DNA of 36,056 bases, from positions 1-36,056 of the forward strand of contig JAJYBE010000002.1 of the NCBI GenBank assembly GCA_021779205.1, read 5' to 3'. Position numbers and translations under genes: made by a program. The notes beneath the pieces were generated by a model. That model saw nothing but the letters and a program-made list of their open reading frames with translations. It did not search any database and had not been told where the DNA came from. Positions within the stretch are counted from its first letter, which is position 1. Each line of letters opens with the position of its first letter. Below, one piece after another: positions 17,250 through 25,197 of the stretch. This stretch comes from a bacterium. GTDB lineage: Bacteria > Patescibacteriota > Minisyncoccia > Moranbacterales > UBA2206.

Positions 17250-17747
17250 ATGATCAAAAAAAAAGAAAAAAAAGAAAAAGGCTTTACACTCATAGAGATA
17301 TTGATTGTTGTGGCATTAATTGGTATTTTGAGTGTTGTTTCGATTACTTCAATGAAATCAGGGCAAGATCAAAATAAGCTTAAAGCAGCGCAGGCAGAAA
17401 CGGAATCGATTATAAAATTAGCGCAAAGTTATGCGCTTCAGGGTAAAAAGCAGGGAAATATTGTGCCAAAATATTATGGCGTTAAATTTTCAGTAGATGG
17501 AAAAAACTATTCTTTTTGCAGTAATTTGAATGATACCGATGTCGATTGCAACAATCTAATAGAAAACTATCAATTTAAAAATGGGGTGATGCTTAGTGCG
17601 GGACAGGGAACGCAAATATCTTTTGATATTCCTTATGGCAATTGTCGGTTAAGTTCAGCCAGCGATAACTTGACATTGACATTTAAATTTGACAATAATT
17701 CGCGAGGAATAATAGTCAACAAAGGCGGCGCAATTACGGAAAATTAA
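17250..17747 (+). CDS. Type IV pilin-like protein, module 2, GspH/FimU-like
   Basis: MIKKKEKKEKG|FTLIEILIVVALIGILSVV with Glu+5. Confidence 0.8.
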   Translation: MIKKKEKKEKGFTLIEILIVVALIGILSVVSITSMKSGQDQNKLKAAQAETESIIKLAQSYALQGKKQGNIVPKYYGVKFSVDGKNYSFCSNLNDTDVDCNNLIENYQFKNGVMLSAGQGTQISFDIPYGNCRLSSASDNLTLTFKFDNNSRGIIVNKGGAITEN

Positions 17748-18311
17748 ATGAAAACAAGATTTATAAAATTAAAAAAATATGCAGCTTTTTCTTTTGTTGA
17801 AGTGATGCTTTCCGTGACAATATTATCAATTGGCATAGTTGGTGTGATGCCTTTATTTATTTCCAATTTGAGGGTTTCTATGGATAGCCGCGATCAGATT
17901 ATTGCCGATATGTTGGCGCAGGAAGGAACGGAATTAGTGCAGAGTTTGCGAGATAATAATTTAGTGAATGGGGCAGTCGGGGGAATTTTTGATGGCGCAA
18001 CATTTCCCGGCTCAAGTTCAAGTAATTGCAGAATCAGTTATGATACGGATAAAATAATTTGCGATGGAACATATCAACTTAATTTAGATGCAAATAAATT
18101 TTATACTCACAAAGCAGATACGGGAGCGGTTGCTACAAAATTTAAACGAAAAATAAGTGTGGCATATAGTCCAAACTCAGATAATACGAGTGCCACGAAA
18201 GCGGAAATTATAAGTATGACAATTTGGGGAAATGTTTTTCCGGATATAGGCAGTTGCAACGCAGGCAATAAATGCGCTTATACCAAGTTAATTTTAACCA
18301 AATGGAATTAA
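17748..18311 (+). CDS. Minor pilin, module 2, PilV/GspI-like
   Basis: KKYAA|FSFVEVMLSVTILSIGIVGV with Glu+5. Paralogous to 14187-14732. Confidence 0.75.
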   Translation: MKTRFIKLKKYAAFSFVEVMLSVTILSIGIVGVMPLFISNLRVSMDSRDQIIADMLAQEGTELVQSLRDNNLVNGAVGGIFDGATFPGSSSSNCRISYDTDKIICDGTYQLNLDANKFYTHKADTGAVATKFKRKISVAYSPNSDNTSATKAEIISMTIWGNVFPDIGSCNAGNKCAYTKLILTKWN

Positions 18312-18313
18312 AG

Positions 18314-18862
18314 ATGCGAGAAAAAAATAAAAAGAAATATGCCGGTTTTTCTCTTTTGGAGATGGTTATCGCTATGAGTATTTTTGTTATAGTGGTAATG
18401 GTTGCGACGATTTCTTTTTCAAATGCTTTTTTTTCTGGACAAAAAACAGAAACAGTGCGAAAAAATTTGGAAAATGGCAGGGCGGCAATAGAAACAATGG
18501 CAAAAAATATTCGGATGAGCAGAAAACTTGTTGGAATAACGAATGGGATAAAGATGTTTAATAATTCTCAAGGAAAATGCATTGCGTATGTTTTTGGCAG
18601 TGGAAAATTGCAGAGTGTCGTTTATGCCCCTAGCGATATTGAAACAGACTCTACTTTTCCAACTTGCTCCGATCCTAATATGAGCAATGCTTCTGATTTG
18701 ATTTCATCCGGAGTCAGTGGTTCCTTTTCGATAGTCCAAACTTCAATAGTCACTCCTAAAAAAATAGGCAAGGCGACTATTTTGATAAAAATCGGAGCTG
18801 GCAGTAATATTCAGTATATGCAAACAACCGTTTCCTTTCGTGATTTTAGAGGTGTTTTATAA
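18314..18862 (+). CDS. Minor pilin, module 2, PilW/GspJ-like
   Basis: KKYAG|FSLLEMVIAMSIFVIVVMV with Glu+5. I use the ATG at 18314, just after the upstream stop at 18309-18311; the track start at 18272 overlaps the previous gene. Confidence 0.75.
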   Translation: MREKNKKKYAGFSLLEMVIAMSIFVIVVMVATISFSNAFFSGQKTETVRKNLENGRAAIETMAKNIRMSRKLVGITNGIKMFNNSQGKCIAYVFGSGKLQSVVYAPSDIETDSTFPTCSDPNMSNASDLISSGVSGSFSIVQTSIVTPKKIGKATILIKIGAGSNIQYMQTTVSFRDFRGVL

Positions 18863-18880
18863 AGGTGGTTCAATAAAATT

Positions 18881-19303
18881 ATGTCAAAAAAGATAAAATA
18901 TAAAGCATCGGCGCTTGTCATCACGATGATAATTTTAGGAATTATGCTGGTTGCAGCTCTTTCCACTTCCATTGTCTCGATTCGAGAAAAAAAAGCATCA
19001 ATGGGCGAAAATATTTCCGGACAAGCCTTTCAAGATGCTCAAAGCGGAGTGGAATTGGTAATGCGAAATATTCTAACCGGAGGACTCACAACAGTTAATC
19101 AACTTTCTAATTGTGAAAAAAATATTTCATCTTCAAATTACGGGTTTATTATTGATGCTAGTGTTCCATATAATGTTGAGCTTGAAGATATTAGCGGCAA
19201 CAAAATAAATTGTGATTCTACGGCTCTGATTTCCAGTATTGCTTCGCTTAAATCAGCGGGAACTTCCGGCGATAGCCAAAGGGCGATTCAAGCAATAAGG
19301 TGA
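18881..19303 (+). CDS. PilX/GspK-like small pilus protein, module 2
   Basis: Hydrophobic N-terminus ASALVITMIILGIMLVAALSTSIV without Glu+5. AFQDAQSGVELVM parallels TYQNSDSSAESFL in 15239-17212. Ends in QRAIQAIR, compared with TRTIFAPV. Confidence 0.65.
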   Translation: MSKKIKYKASALVITMIILGIMLVAALSTSIVSIREKKASMGENISGQAFQDAQSGVELVMRNILTGGLTTVNQLSNCEKNISSSNYGFIIDASVPYNVELEDISGNKINCDSTALISSIASLKSAGTSGDSQRAIQAIR

Positions 19304-19440
19304 TATAAAACGCCGATAATGCGTGCATATAATTCGGTAATTTTGAGTTATCGTTTTTTTTGATTTTTTTTATGCATTCTATCGCAGTTGTTTCTAGTAA
19401 AGTATTACAATTGATTATTGAACTTAGTGTAATCGGGCGT

Positions 19441-19469
19441 TTGACAAAAAGCGTGCTTAATGCTACAGT
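19441..19469 (+). promoter_or_regulatory. Putative promoter with extended -10
   Basis: TTGACA (19441-19446), 17-nt spacer ending in TGc, then TACAGT (19464-19469), about 37 nt upstream of the ATG at 19506. Confidence 0.55.
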
Positions 19470-19505
19470 TAGCTGTTGAATTTTAATTATATTTAATGGA
19501 AAAAT

Positions 19506-20246
19506 ATGACATTGGAAATTTTTTTTAGATTGCTTAAAAACAATTTTAAAAATATCTTTTTAGTCGGGATATTTTTAGCAGCGGCATCTTTTGTCGTTTT
19601 AGTCTTCACGCAAAAGAATTATCGCGCCAGCACCGATCTTTTGCTTGTGCAAAATCAACAAGCGACAAGTGATTATTACGCATTGTCAAAATCAACGGAT
19701 TATTTGAGTGGAATTTTAATGGAAGCGGTGTATAGTGAAAAATTCTTGGAAGAAATTAAAAATGCTAATCTTGTTTCAACTAATTTTTTACCGACCAATG
19801 AAGCTGATCGCTTAAAAGAATGGCAAAGAATTGTGAAGTTGAAAAAAAATGCCAATGTTGGAATTATTACAGTGGATGTTTACGCTGATTCGCAAAAACA
19901 AGGAACGGAAGTTTCTAATGCGATAGTGAGTGTGCTGACTAATAAATATTCTCTTTTTTTGGGACAAGGGCAGAATATTGAAATTCGAGTCCTTAGCGGT
20001 CCGATTGTGGAAAAAAATCCAAGCGTCATTCAAATTTTGGCAGTTGTTTTTGGCGGTTTTATTATCGGATTCATATTGGCATTCATGTTTTTTTATTATA
20101 AGTCCGAACAAGCTGAAAAAGGAAGCGGTTTTGATATTTTTGGTAAAAATACTTTTACGCGTAATTTTTCCGGTAATGATAAAAAAAATGATTATTTTGA
20201 TGAAAAGGGTGATTATTGGAAAAGTAAATTGGCAGAAAAAAACTAG
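19506..20246 (+). CDS. Wzz-like polysaccharide chain-length determinant family protein
   Basis: N-terminal TM followed by KNYRASTDLLLVQ, an extracytoplasmic domain, and a second TM near the C-terminus (ILAVVFGGFIIGFILAFMFFYY). This is Wzz/PCP-like topology. Confidence 0.55.
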   Translation: MTLEIFFRLLKNNFKNIFLVGIFLAAASFVVLVFTQKNYRASTDLLLVQNQQATSDYYALSKSTDYLSGILMEAVYSEKFLEEIKNANLVSTNFLPTNEADRLKEWQRIVKLKKNANVGIITVDVYADSQKQGTEVSNAIVSVLTNKYSLFLGQGQNIEIRVLSGPIVEKNPSVIQILAVVFGGFIIGFILAFMFFYYKSEQAEKGSGFDIFGKNTFTRNFSGNDKKNDYFDEKGDYWKSKLAEKN

Positions 20247-20353
20247 AAATAATTGTTTTTTGTCCAGTTTCGTTTTTTCGAAATTGGCATAAGATGGTTA
20301 TGGAATGTTCGTTAAAAATTAAATGATGTTAAGTTAAAAAGGAGGAATGGCAG

Positions 20354-21178
20354 ATGAGAAAAATTCAAGAAATAGTATCGGTTGTTGTGGTAGCTGCCAT
20401 TTTTTCAAGTTGTGCGGCTACGAATATGAGGTTTAATGGGAATTTCAGCCAAGCTAATTTAAATATCCCAAAGGAGTATATGAAAAATTATGCTAACAAG
20501 GATATTTCAAAGATTGTGCTCGGTGATTTACTCATTGAGCCTTTTGACTCGGTGGGAGTTAAGGAGACCCCCGCACTTTTGCGGGGTGAGTTTAGCGTAT
20601 ATAAAGTACCATTTCCATTTCCTGAGGAGCTTAAAAATGAACGGTACATACCAGAAAGAATTAAGTGGTATGCAATTGTTCTGTCTCAAGGATTTGAATA
20701 TTTGGGGCAGTTGGTGGCATTTGGCGATGGCGAAACGGAGCTTTTAGTTGATATTGCTAAGGCATTGAAAAATGCTAAGGCATTGCTTTTATCGACAATG
20801 GCTGAAAAAGTTTATAGCATTAAGTTGGATGCGAAAGGTGTTAATGTCGATCGCGGAAGGCTAATGGCAGATGTGGCTTATCGGAAAGATTTGATTGAGA
20901 AATATGGCACCAATCTTTCGGAATTTAGGCCTTCGAATAAGCTAATCAATGAGATTAGCAAGTGGAATCGATTTGATTCTCCACGGGGATATATCTTAAC
21001 TCCGCTTGATGAAAAACGATTTGACGAAATAGTTTCAATTAACCCAGGGTACACCTATTCTCAGAGATTGGTTGGGCAGCCTTGGGTAATTTCGACCAAT
21101 CCAATCGGTATGATTTTACAAGATGTTATTGCAAATAATGTTGGTGCCGCTATGGGATCGCCCAACATGAAATGGTGA
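20354..21178 (+). CDS. Hypothetical lipoprotein (island gene 1)
   Basis: Signal peptide with lipobox AAIFSS|C. Strong RBS AAGGAGG 7 nt upstream. No family recognised. Confidence 0.7.
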   Translation: MRKIQEIVSVVVVAAIFSSCAATNMRFNGNFSQANLNIPKEYMKNYANKDISKIVLGDLLIEPFDSVGVKETPALLRGEFSVYKVPFPFPEELKNERYIPERIKWYAIVLSQGFEYLGQLVAFGDGETELLVDIAKALKNAKALLLSTMAEKVYSIKLDAKGVNVDRGRLMADVAYRKDLIEKYGTNLSEFRPSNKLINEISKWNRFDSPRGYILTPLDEKRFDEIVSINPGYTYSQRLVGQPWVISTNPIGMILQDVIANNVGAAMGSPNMKW

Positions 21179-21218
21179 TCAAATCAAAAAACTAAACTAA
21201 TACAGCAGGAGGATAAGC

Positions 21219-22859
21219 ATGAAAAAAATTAAAAGTTTTCTGATTATGGCAATCCTGCTGTGTATCGCTTGGCCAGCTCAGGCTAAGATATATACAGTAG
21301 TGCCGGGAGATACGCTCGGCAGAATTGCCAAGGCTAATGGATCTTCCATTTTCGAGCTTGCTCGGATCAATGGAATCAAGAATGTTAATATTATTATGGT
21401 CGATCAAAAAATAGAGGTTCCTGAAAAGGGAACTGAAAAAAATGATCGACGGAAAGTGTTTGCCGTGGGTCTTGGATATGCTCATGTATATAGACATGAA
21501 ATGGGTAATCCGTTTGCGCCTCGAGTGAATGGGGTGCAGAAAAAGCTGACCGCAAAGGAATACGCTCGTCACATGAGTAATATCATGAGACATGGCGTTT
21601 CACAAGAAGGTGCGCGGTCTATTTTGGCCGCAAAAGAAAATAACCTCTGCGCAGGAGATATTTACTTGCCAGATGGAACGATTGTAAAATCCGTTTCGTT
21701 TAGAAAGAATAAAGTTTGGACGGGCGGAGTTTTGATTGAGGTTAAATCCGGCGGAATCCATGCCAAGTTATGGAGGGCATGGACAGGTGAGATTATATTG
21801 GACGCACTGAACTGCGGAAATTATATCAGTCCTCGCGAGGTTTATGTGCCCAAGGGCAATCAAACCGTAGAGCAACAGGTAGAAGCTCAGCAGGAAAAAT
21901 CAACACCTGTTATTTTTCCGGAAATGACAGAAGCAGAAACTGAGAAACCTCCTTGCTCCAAGTGTCATGATGATTTGGAAACTGACACTGGAGTTTATTT
22001 AAGCAGTGGATTAGGAGGAGGAAAAGGCTCTATTAGAGGAAAAGGGGTTTTCGGCGAAATGATTTATTGGAAAAATTTTGCAGAAGATTGTTCCTCTGAA
22101 TATTATTGGGGGCTTGGTATATTGGGAAGCCTCTATGAGTATAATCTTTCCGATCTTCCAAGTCAGGGAGACGGTGGTCGTTTTGCCGGTCAGTTCGGAA
22201 TCAAGAGAGTTTGGGCTGACAAGGAAACCGGATTAGCTCGTCAGTGGATAGTCAAAGGGCGAGCGGGGTTTGAGCGGTCGCATTGGGAAAATCCCGATCG
22301 CGACTGGCATATTAACCAAGTTGGACCGGTTATTGGTGAATATGCGGAGTATCGCCGAGAACTGGTCTATGACACACTGTGGGGATTTGTCACGGTGGAA
22401 AGTTGGTTAGGACTTGGCAATCAAAGCATCGGAAGTAGTTTTTCCGATACAAGTCCGTCATCAAGAACCTATACCGAAGCCTTGGTAGGGCTCGACTATA
22501 AATTTGCTCGCACTTGGGTGTTGCGCGGATATGCCGGTCTTGATTATGAAGGCTGGGATTATTGGATGCCGGGAGTGGCCGGTGCTGAAGTTCGCCATGA
22601 GTTAAAAAATGATTGGGGAACGGTAGCACTGGGTGTGCAGGCAAAAATATATTCTGCGATAAATCCGGTGGGGCTGTTGTGTGTCAAATGGGAAATTACC
22701 AAACCAATTGAAAAGTGGTATGACAACCATCGGCAAAATGAAGTGAAATTGGTTGGCTATGGAATCGGTGGAAATCAATTTCAAAAAACCACCAAACAAA
22801 AAACCAACCAAGCGGATCATATGAAGGAAGTTATGAACTCCATAAGTTGTAAAAGGTAG
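21219..22859 (+). CDS. Secreted LysM-domain protein with a beta-barrel-like C-terminal half (island gene 2)
   Basis: Signal peptide ...AWPAQA|K. LysM domain YTVVPGDTLGRIAKANGSSIFELARINGIKNVNIIMVDQKIEVP. RBS AGGAGG upstream. The C-terminal ~300 aa are rich in Gly and aromatic residues and form alternating amphipathic segments. Confidence 0.75.
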   Translation: MKKIKSFLIMAILLCIAWPAQAKIYTVVPGDTLGRIAKANGSSIFELARINGIKNVNIIMVDQKIEVPEKGTEKNDRRKVFAVGLGYAHVYRHEMGNPFAPRVNGVQKKLTAKEYARHMSNIMRHGVSQEGARSILAAKENNLCAGDIYLPDGTIVKSVSFRKNKVWTGGVLIEVKSGGIHAKLWRAWTGEIILDALNCGNYISPREVYVPKGNQTVEQQVEAQQEKSTPVIFPEMTEAETEKPPCSKCHDDLETDTGVYLSSGLGGGKGSIRGKGVFGEMIYWKNFAEDCSSEYYWGLGILGSLYEYNLSDLPSQGDGGRFAGQFGIKRVWADKETGLARQWIVKGRAGFERSHWENPDRDWHINQVGPVIGEYAEYRRELVYDTLWGFVTVESWLGLGNQSIGSSFSDTSPSSRTYTEALVGLDYKFARTWVLRGYAGLDYEGWDYWMPGVAGAEVRHELKNDWGTVALGVQAKIYSAINPVGLLCVKWEITKPIEKWYDNHRQNEVKLVGYGIGGNQFQKTTKQKTNQADHMKEVMNSISCKR

Positions 22860-23002
22860 TGGAATTTAATTTCCAAAACTTTAATTAGTTTTATTTAATT
22901 ATTCCACTGCCGAGAGGGTGGTTGAGCGTTCACACTGTCTGCAATATTTTGCAGGCTTTGAATGAATTGCGGGGATGATGAAGATAAAACGTATTAAATT
23001 TT

Positions 23003-23084
23003 TTGTGAAAAAATTCCTTGTGAAAAATTTATCCATCGTTTGAAAATATTTAGGTATTGACAAACGATGGCGAATTGATATATT
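23003..23084 (+). promoter_or_regulatory. Promoter with operator-like repeats upstream of the 138-aa secreted protein gene
   Basis: TTGACA (23057-23062), 16-nt spacer, TATATT (23079-23084). A perfect 10-bp inverted repeat CCATCGTTTG (23033-23042) / CAAACGATGG (23061-23070) overlaps the -35. Direct repeat TTGTGAAAAA occurs at 23003 and 23018. Confidence 0.6.
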
Positions 23085-23153
23085 ATGAAATGTTCGAGTA
23101 AGCATTGTGCTTCTCGACAAAAATAGAACCTTTAAAAAGGAAGGAGCGGAGTA

Positions 23154-23570
23154 ATGAAAAATATCATGATGAGTTTATTGATGGCAATTGCCATCACGGT
23201 AATCGCCGGTGTCGCTCACGCGACGCCAATTATGATTAACACGGATATAACCATCAGTGCCGATGATAACGCGGTTGTGACGGTTTCAGGGACAACGCGT
23301 CTTGTTAGAGCGGTTCAATATTGCTCGGATGAAGTAAATAATGAGATAGGGTGTCCCAAAAATGTTGTAACCCCATTGAAAAACAACAGCTTTCAATTGG
23401 ATATTGAAGGACTGCAGGCTAAACAGAATGTTTTCAACCTGCAGTATGAGAAATATAATGACTGGCTCTGGATTCCCAGCGCCAGAGTAAAAATCGGGAA
23501 AAACCTCAAGCTCATCAGGCTTGGGGGTGGTGCCGGAATTCAGTACACAGGGCCCATCCCCACCAAATGA
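23154..23570 (+). CDS. Small secreted protein (island gene 3)
   Basis: Signal peptide MKNIMMSLLMAIAITVIAGVAHA|T. RBS GGAAGGAG upstream. Two Cys residues (C-x9-C). Followed by a strong terminator. Confidence 0.7.
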   Translation: MKNIMMSLLMAIAITVIAGVAHATPIMINTDITISADDNAVVTVSGTTRLVRAVQYCSDEVNNEIGCPKNVVTPLKNNSFQLDIEGLQAKQNVFNLQYEKYNDWLWIPSARVKIGKNLKLIRLGGGAGIQYTGPIPTK

Positions 23571-23650
23571 AAACCCGGCCGGGTGCTGTTTCATGATCCG
23601 GCCATAACTTTCAATTTTTAACCCGGACTGTTCAGTGAATAGTTCGGTCC

Positions 23651-23692
23651 AAGCCCCAAAAACCTAATGGTTTTTGGGGCTTGATTTTTTTT
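23651..23692 (+). terminator. Rho-independent terminator
   Basis: Perfect 14-bp stem aagccccaaaaacc / ggtttttggggctt with loop taat, followed by gaTTTTTTTT. Confidence 0.9.
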
Positions 23693-23745
23693 GGGAAATA
23701 TGCTATGATAGCGAGTTGTGAAAATAACAAGAATAGCACGAATTT

Positions 23746-25197
23746 ATGCTTAGGTTTAACCAAAAAAACCCAATCCAACCCGAAACAATCAGTGCAATTT
23801 TCAGTATTATTTTTTTGAGCTTATTTATTTTAGCTAATTTTTTTGTTGGTTTTATTTTGCCACTTTATCTATTGGCAGTGGGGGTTGCTTTTGTTTTAGC
23901 AGTAGCCTATCCGGCAAGTGGATTGTTCGTGTTGGTTTTTTTGACATTGATTTTTGAGCGCTTTTTTACTCTTTCACCACTAGTGCTTGGCAAAATAGAA
24001 TATAAAATATTTTTGCCGGATATTATTATTTTGGGAATGTTTTTGGGTTTATTTTTTAAATATTTCAAAAAAAATGGAAAGTTGTCAGGAAAAATACAGG
24101 CAATTGACAGCATCTTTGTGGCTTTTATAGGGCTCAATATTTTATATTATTTTTTAAGCGTTTATATCTTTAGTTCTGATGCTTATTTGTCTTTCAGTTC
24201 GCTTAAAAATTATGTTTTTTATAGTTTGCTTTATTTTTTGACTTATTTTGCCATAGATAATCGCGAGCGATTGAAGTGTTTTTTTAAATTTTATTTTACC
24301 GGAGCAATTTTAATTTTGGGTTTCGTCGTGTTTGGAATTTTTAACGGAGAAGGGTTATGGACAGAGTTTACACCTCTTTCCACTGAAGGCGTGCGAATTT
24401 TAGCTTTTCCTCACGGGCTTTATCTTAGTTTAATTTTTATTCCAGTGCTACTTTTTGCGATTTTTTACAAAAAAAAATGGCCGATCGTTCTTAGCTTAGT
24501 GTTCGCGGTGGGAATTTTAGGCACGATGATGCGTCATCTTTGGGTGGCTTTGGCGTTAGCCCTCGGCTTAGTTTATTATTTTTTGGAAAAAGAACAAAAA
24601 ATTGCCGGCAAAAAATTGATCGGGAAAATATTTTTTTCGTTTGCGATTTTTGGTTTATTATTTTTCTATACAGCCTTAATGTCTCCACAATCAAAGCTAA
24701 ACGATTTATTTTCCGGTGTTGGACAGGCTCTCTCGCAAAGAGGTATTTCTATTGCCAATGCCAATCAAGATGACAGTTTTATTTGGCGTGCGATTGTGTG
24801 GAAAAGCGTCTGGGAGAAATATCAGAAAAATTTAATATTTGGTATTGGTACCGGACAAGTTGTTTCTATGGAAAATGGAACATATCATGCTTTTGTTGAA
24901 ATCAGAAATGCGCATAATTCTTTTCTGGCGATTCTTGTGCAATTTGGAATTTTAGGTTTTGGCTTATTTGCCACTTTTATTTGGATGCATTTTAGAATGC
25001 TGATACGGGCGGATGATTTTAGGCATAATTTTTATAAGTTAGCGTTATTTAGCGTTTTAGTGGTCTATTTGGTGGCGTTTGCATTTCAGCCATATTTAGA
25101 AACAAATTTATTATCAATGTTTTTTTGGATCGGACTCGGACTTATTCGATCTATGCAAAAAGAAGGAAAAAATTATGAAAATTTTGGAGATAAATAA
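23746..25197 (+). CDS. O-antigen ligase / polymerase family (Wzy_C-type) membrane protein
   Basis: Polytopic membrane protein with a large loop and the signature ...EIRNAHNSFLAILVQFGILGFGLF typical of O-antigen ligase-like proteins. Confidence 0.8.
   Translation: MLRFNQKNPIQPETISAIFSIIFLSLFILANFFVGFILPLYLLAVGVAFVLAVAYPASGLFVLVFLTLIFERFFTLSPLVLGKIEYKIFLPDIIILGMFLGLFFKYFKKNGKLSGKIQAIDSIFVAFIGLNILYYFLSVYIFSSDAYLSFSSLKNYVFYSLLYFLTYFAIDNRERLKCFFKFYFTGAILILGFVVFGIFNGEGLWTEFTPLSTEGVRILAFPHGLYLSLIFIPVLLFAIFYKKKWPIVLSLVFAVGILGTMMRHLWVALALALGLVYYFLEKEQKIAGKKLIGKIFFSFAIFGLLFFYTALMSPQSKLNDLFSGVGQALSQRGISIANANQDDSFIWRAIVWKSVWEKYQKNLIFGIGTGQVVSMENGTYHAFVEIRNAHNSFLAILVQFGILGFGLFATFIWMHFRMLIRADDFRHNFYKLALFSVLVVYLVAFAFQPYLETNLLSMFFWIGLGLIRSMQKEGKNYENFGDK

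Noticed and set aside
19304-19360. Possible terminator after the second pilin module (cggtaa/ttatcg stem followed by a T8 run).
   Set aside because: The stem is only 6 bp, includes a G-U pair and is AT-rich. It is too weak to annotate with confidence, although transcription probably does end before the promoter at 19441.
19372-19479. 35-aa ORF (MHSIAVVSSKVLQLIIELSVIGRLTKSVLNATVSC) in the 202-bp gap after the pilin modules.
   Set aside because: It has no RBS, overlaps the TTGACA/TACAGT promoter of the next gene, and is too short and featureless to support.
22899-23120. 73-aa minus-strand ORF (TTG start) in the long intergenic region upstream of the 138-aa secreted protein gene; a possible divergent small regulator.
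   Set aside because: It overlaps the predicted promoter, operator repeats and leader hairpin of the + strand gene. It has no RBS and no recognisable DNA-binding motif, and its sequence looks like translated regulatory DNA. This is a low-confidence rejection, and conservation analysis could revive it.
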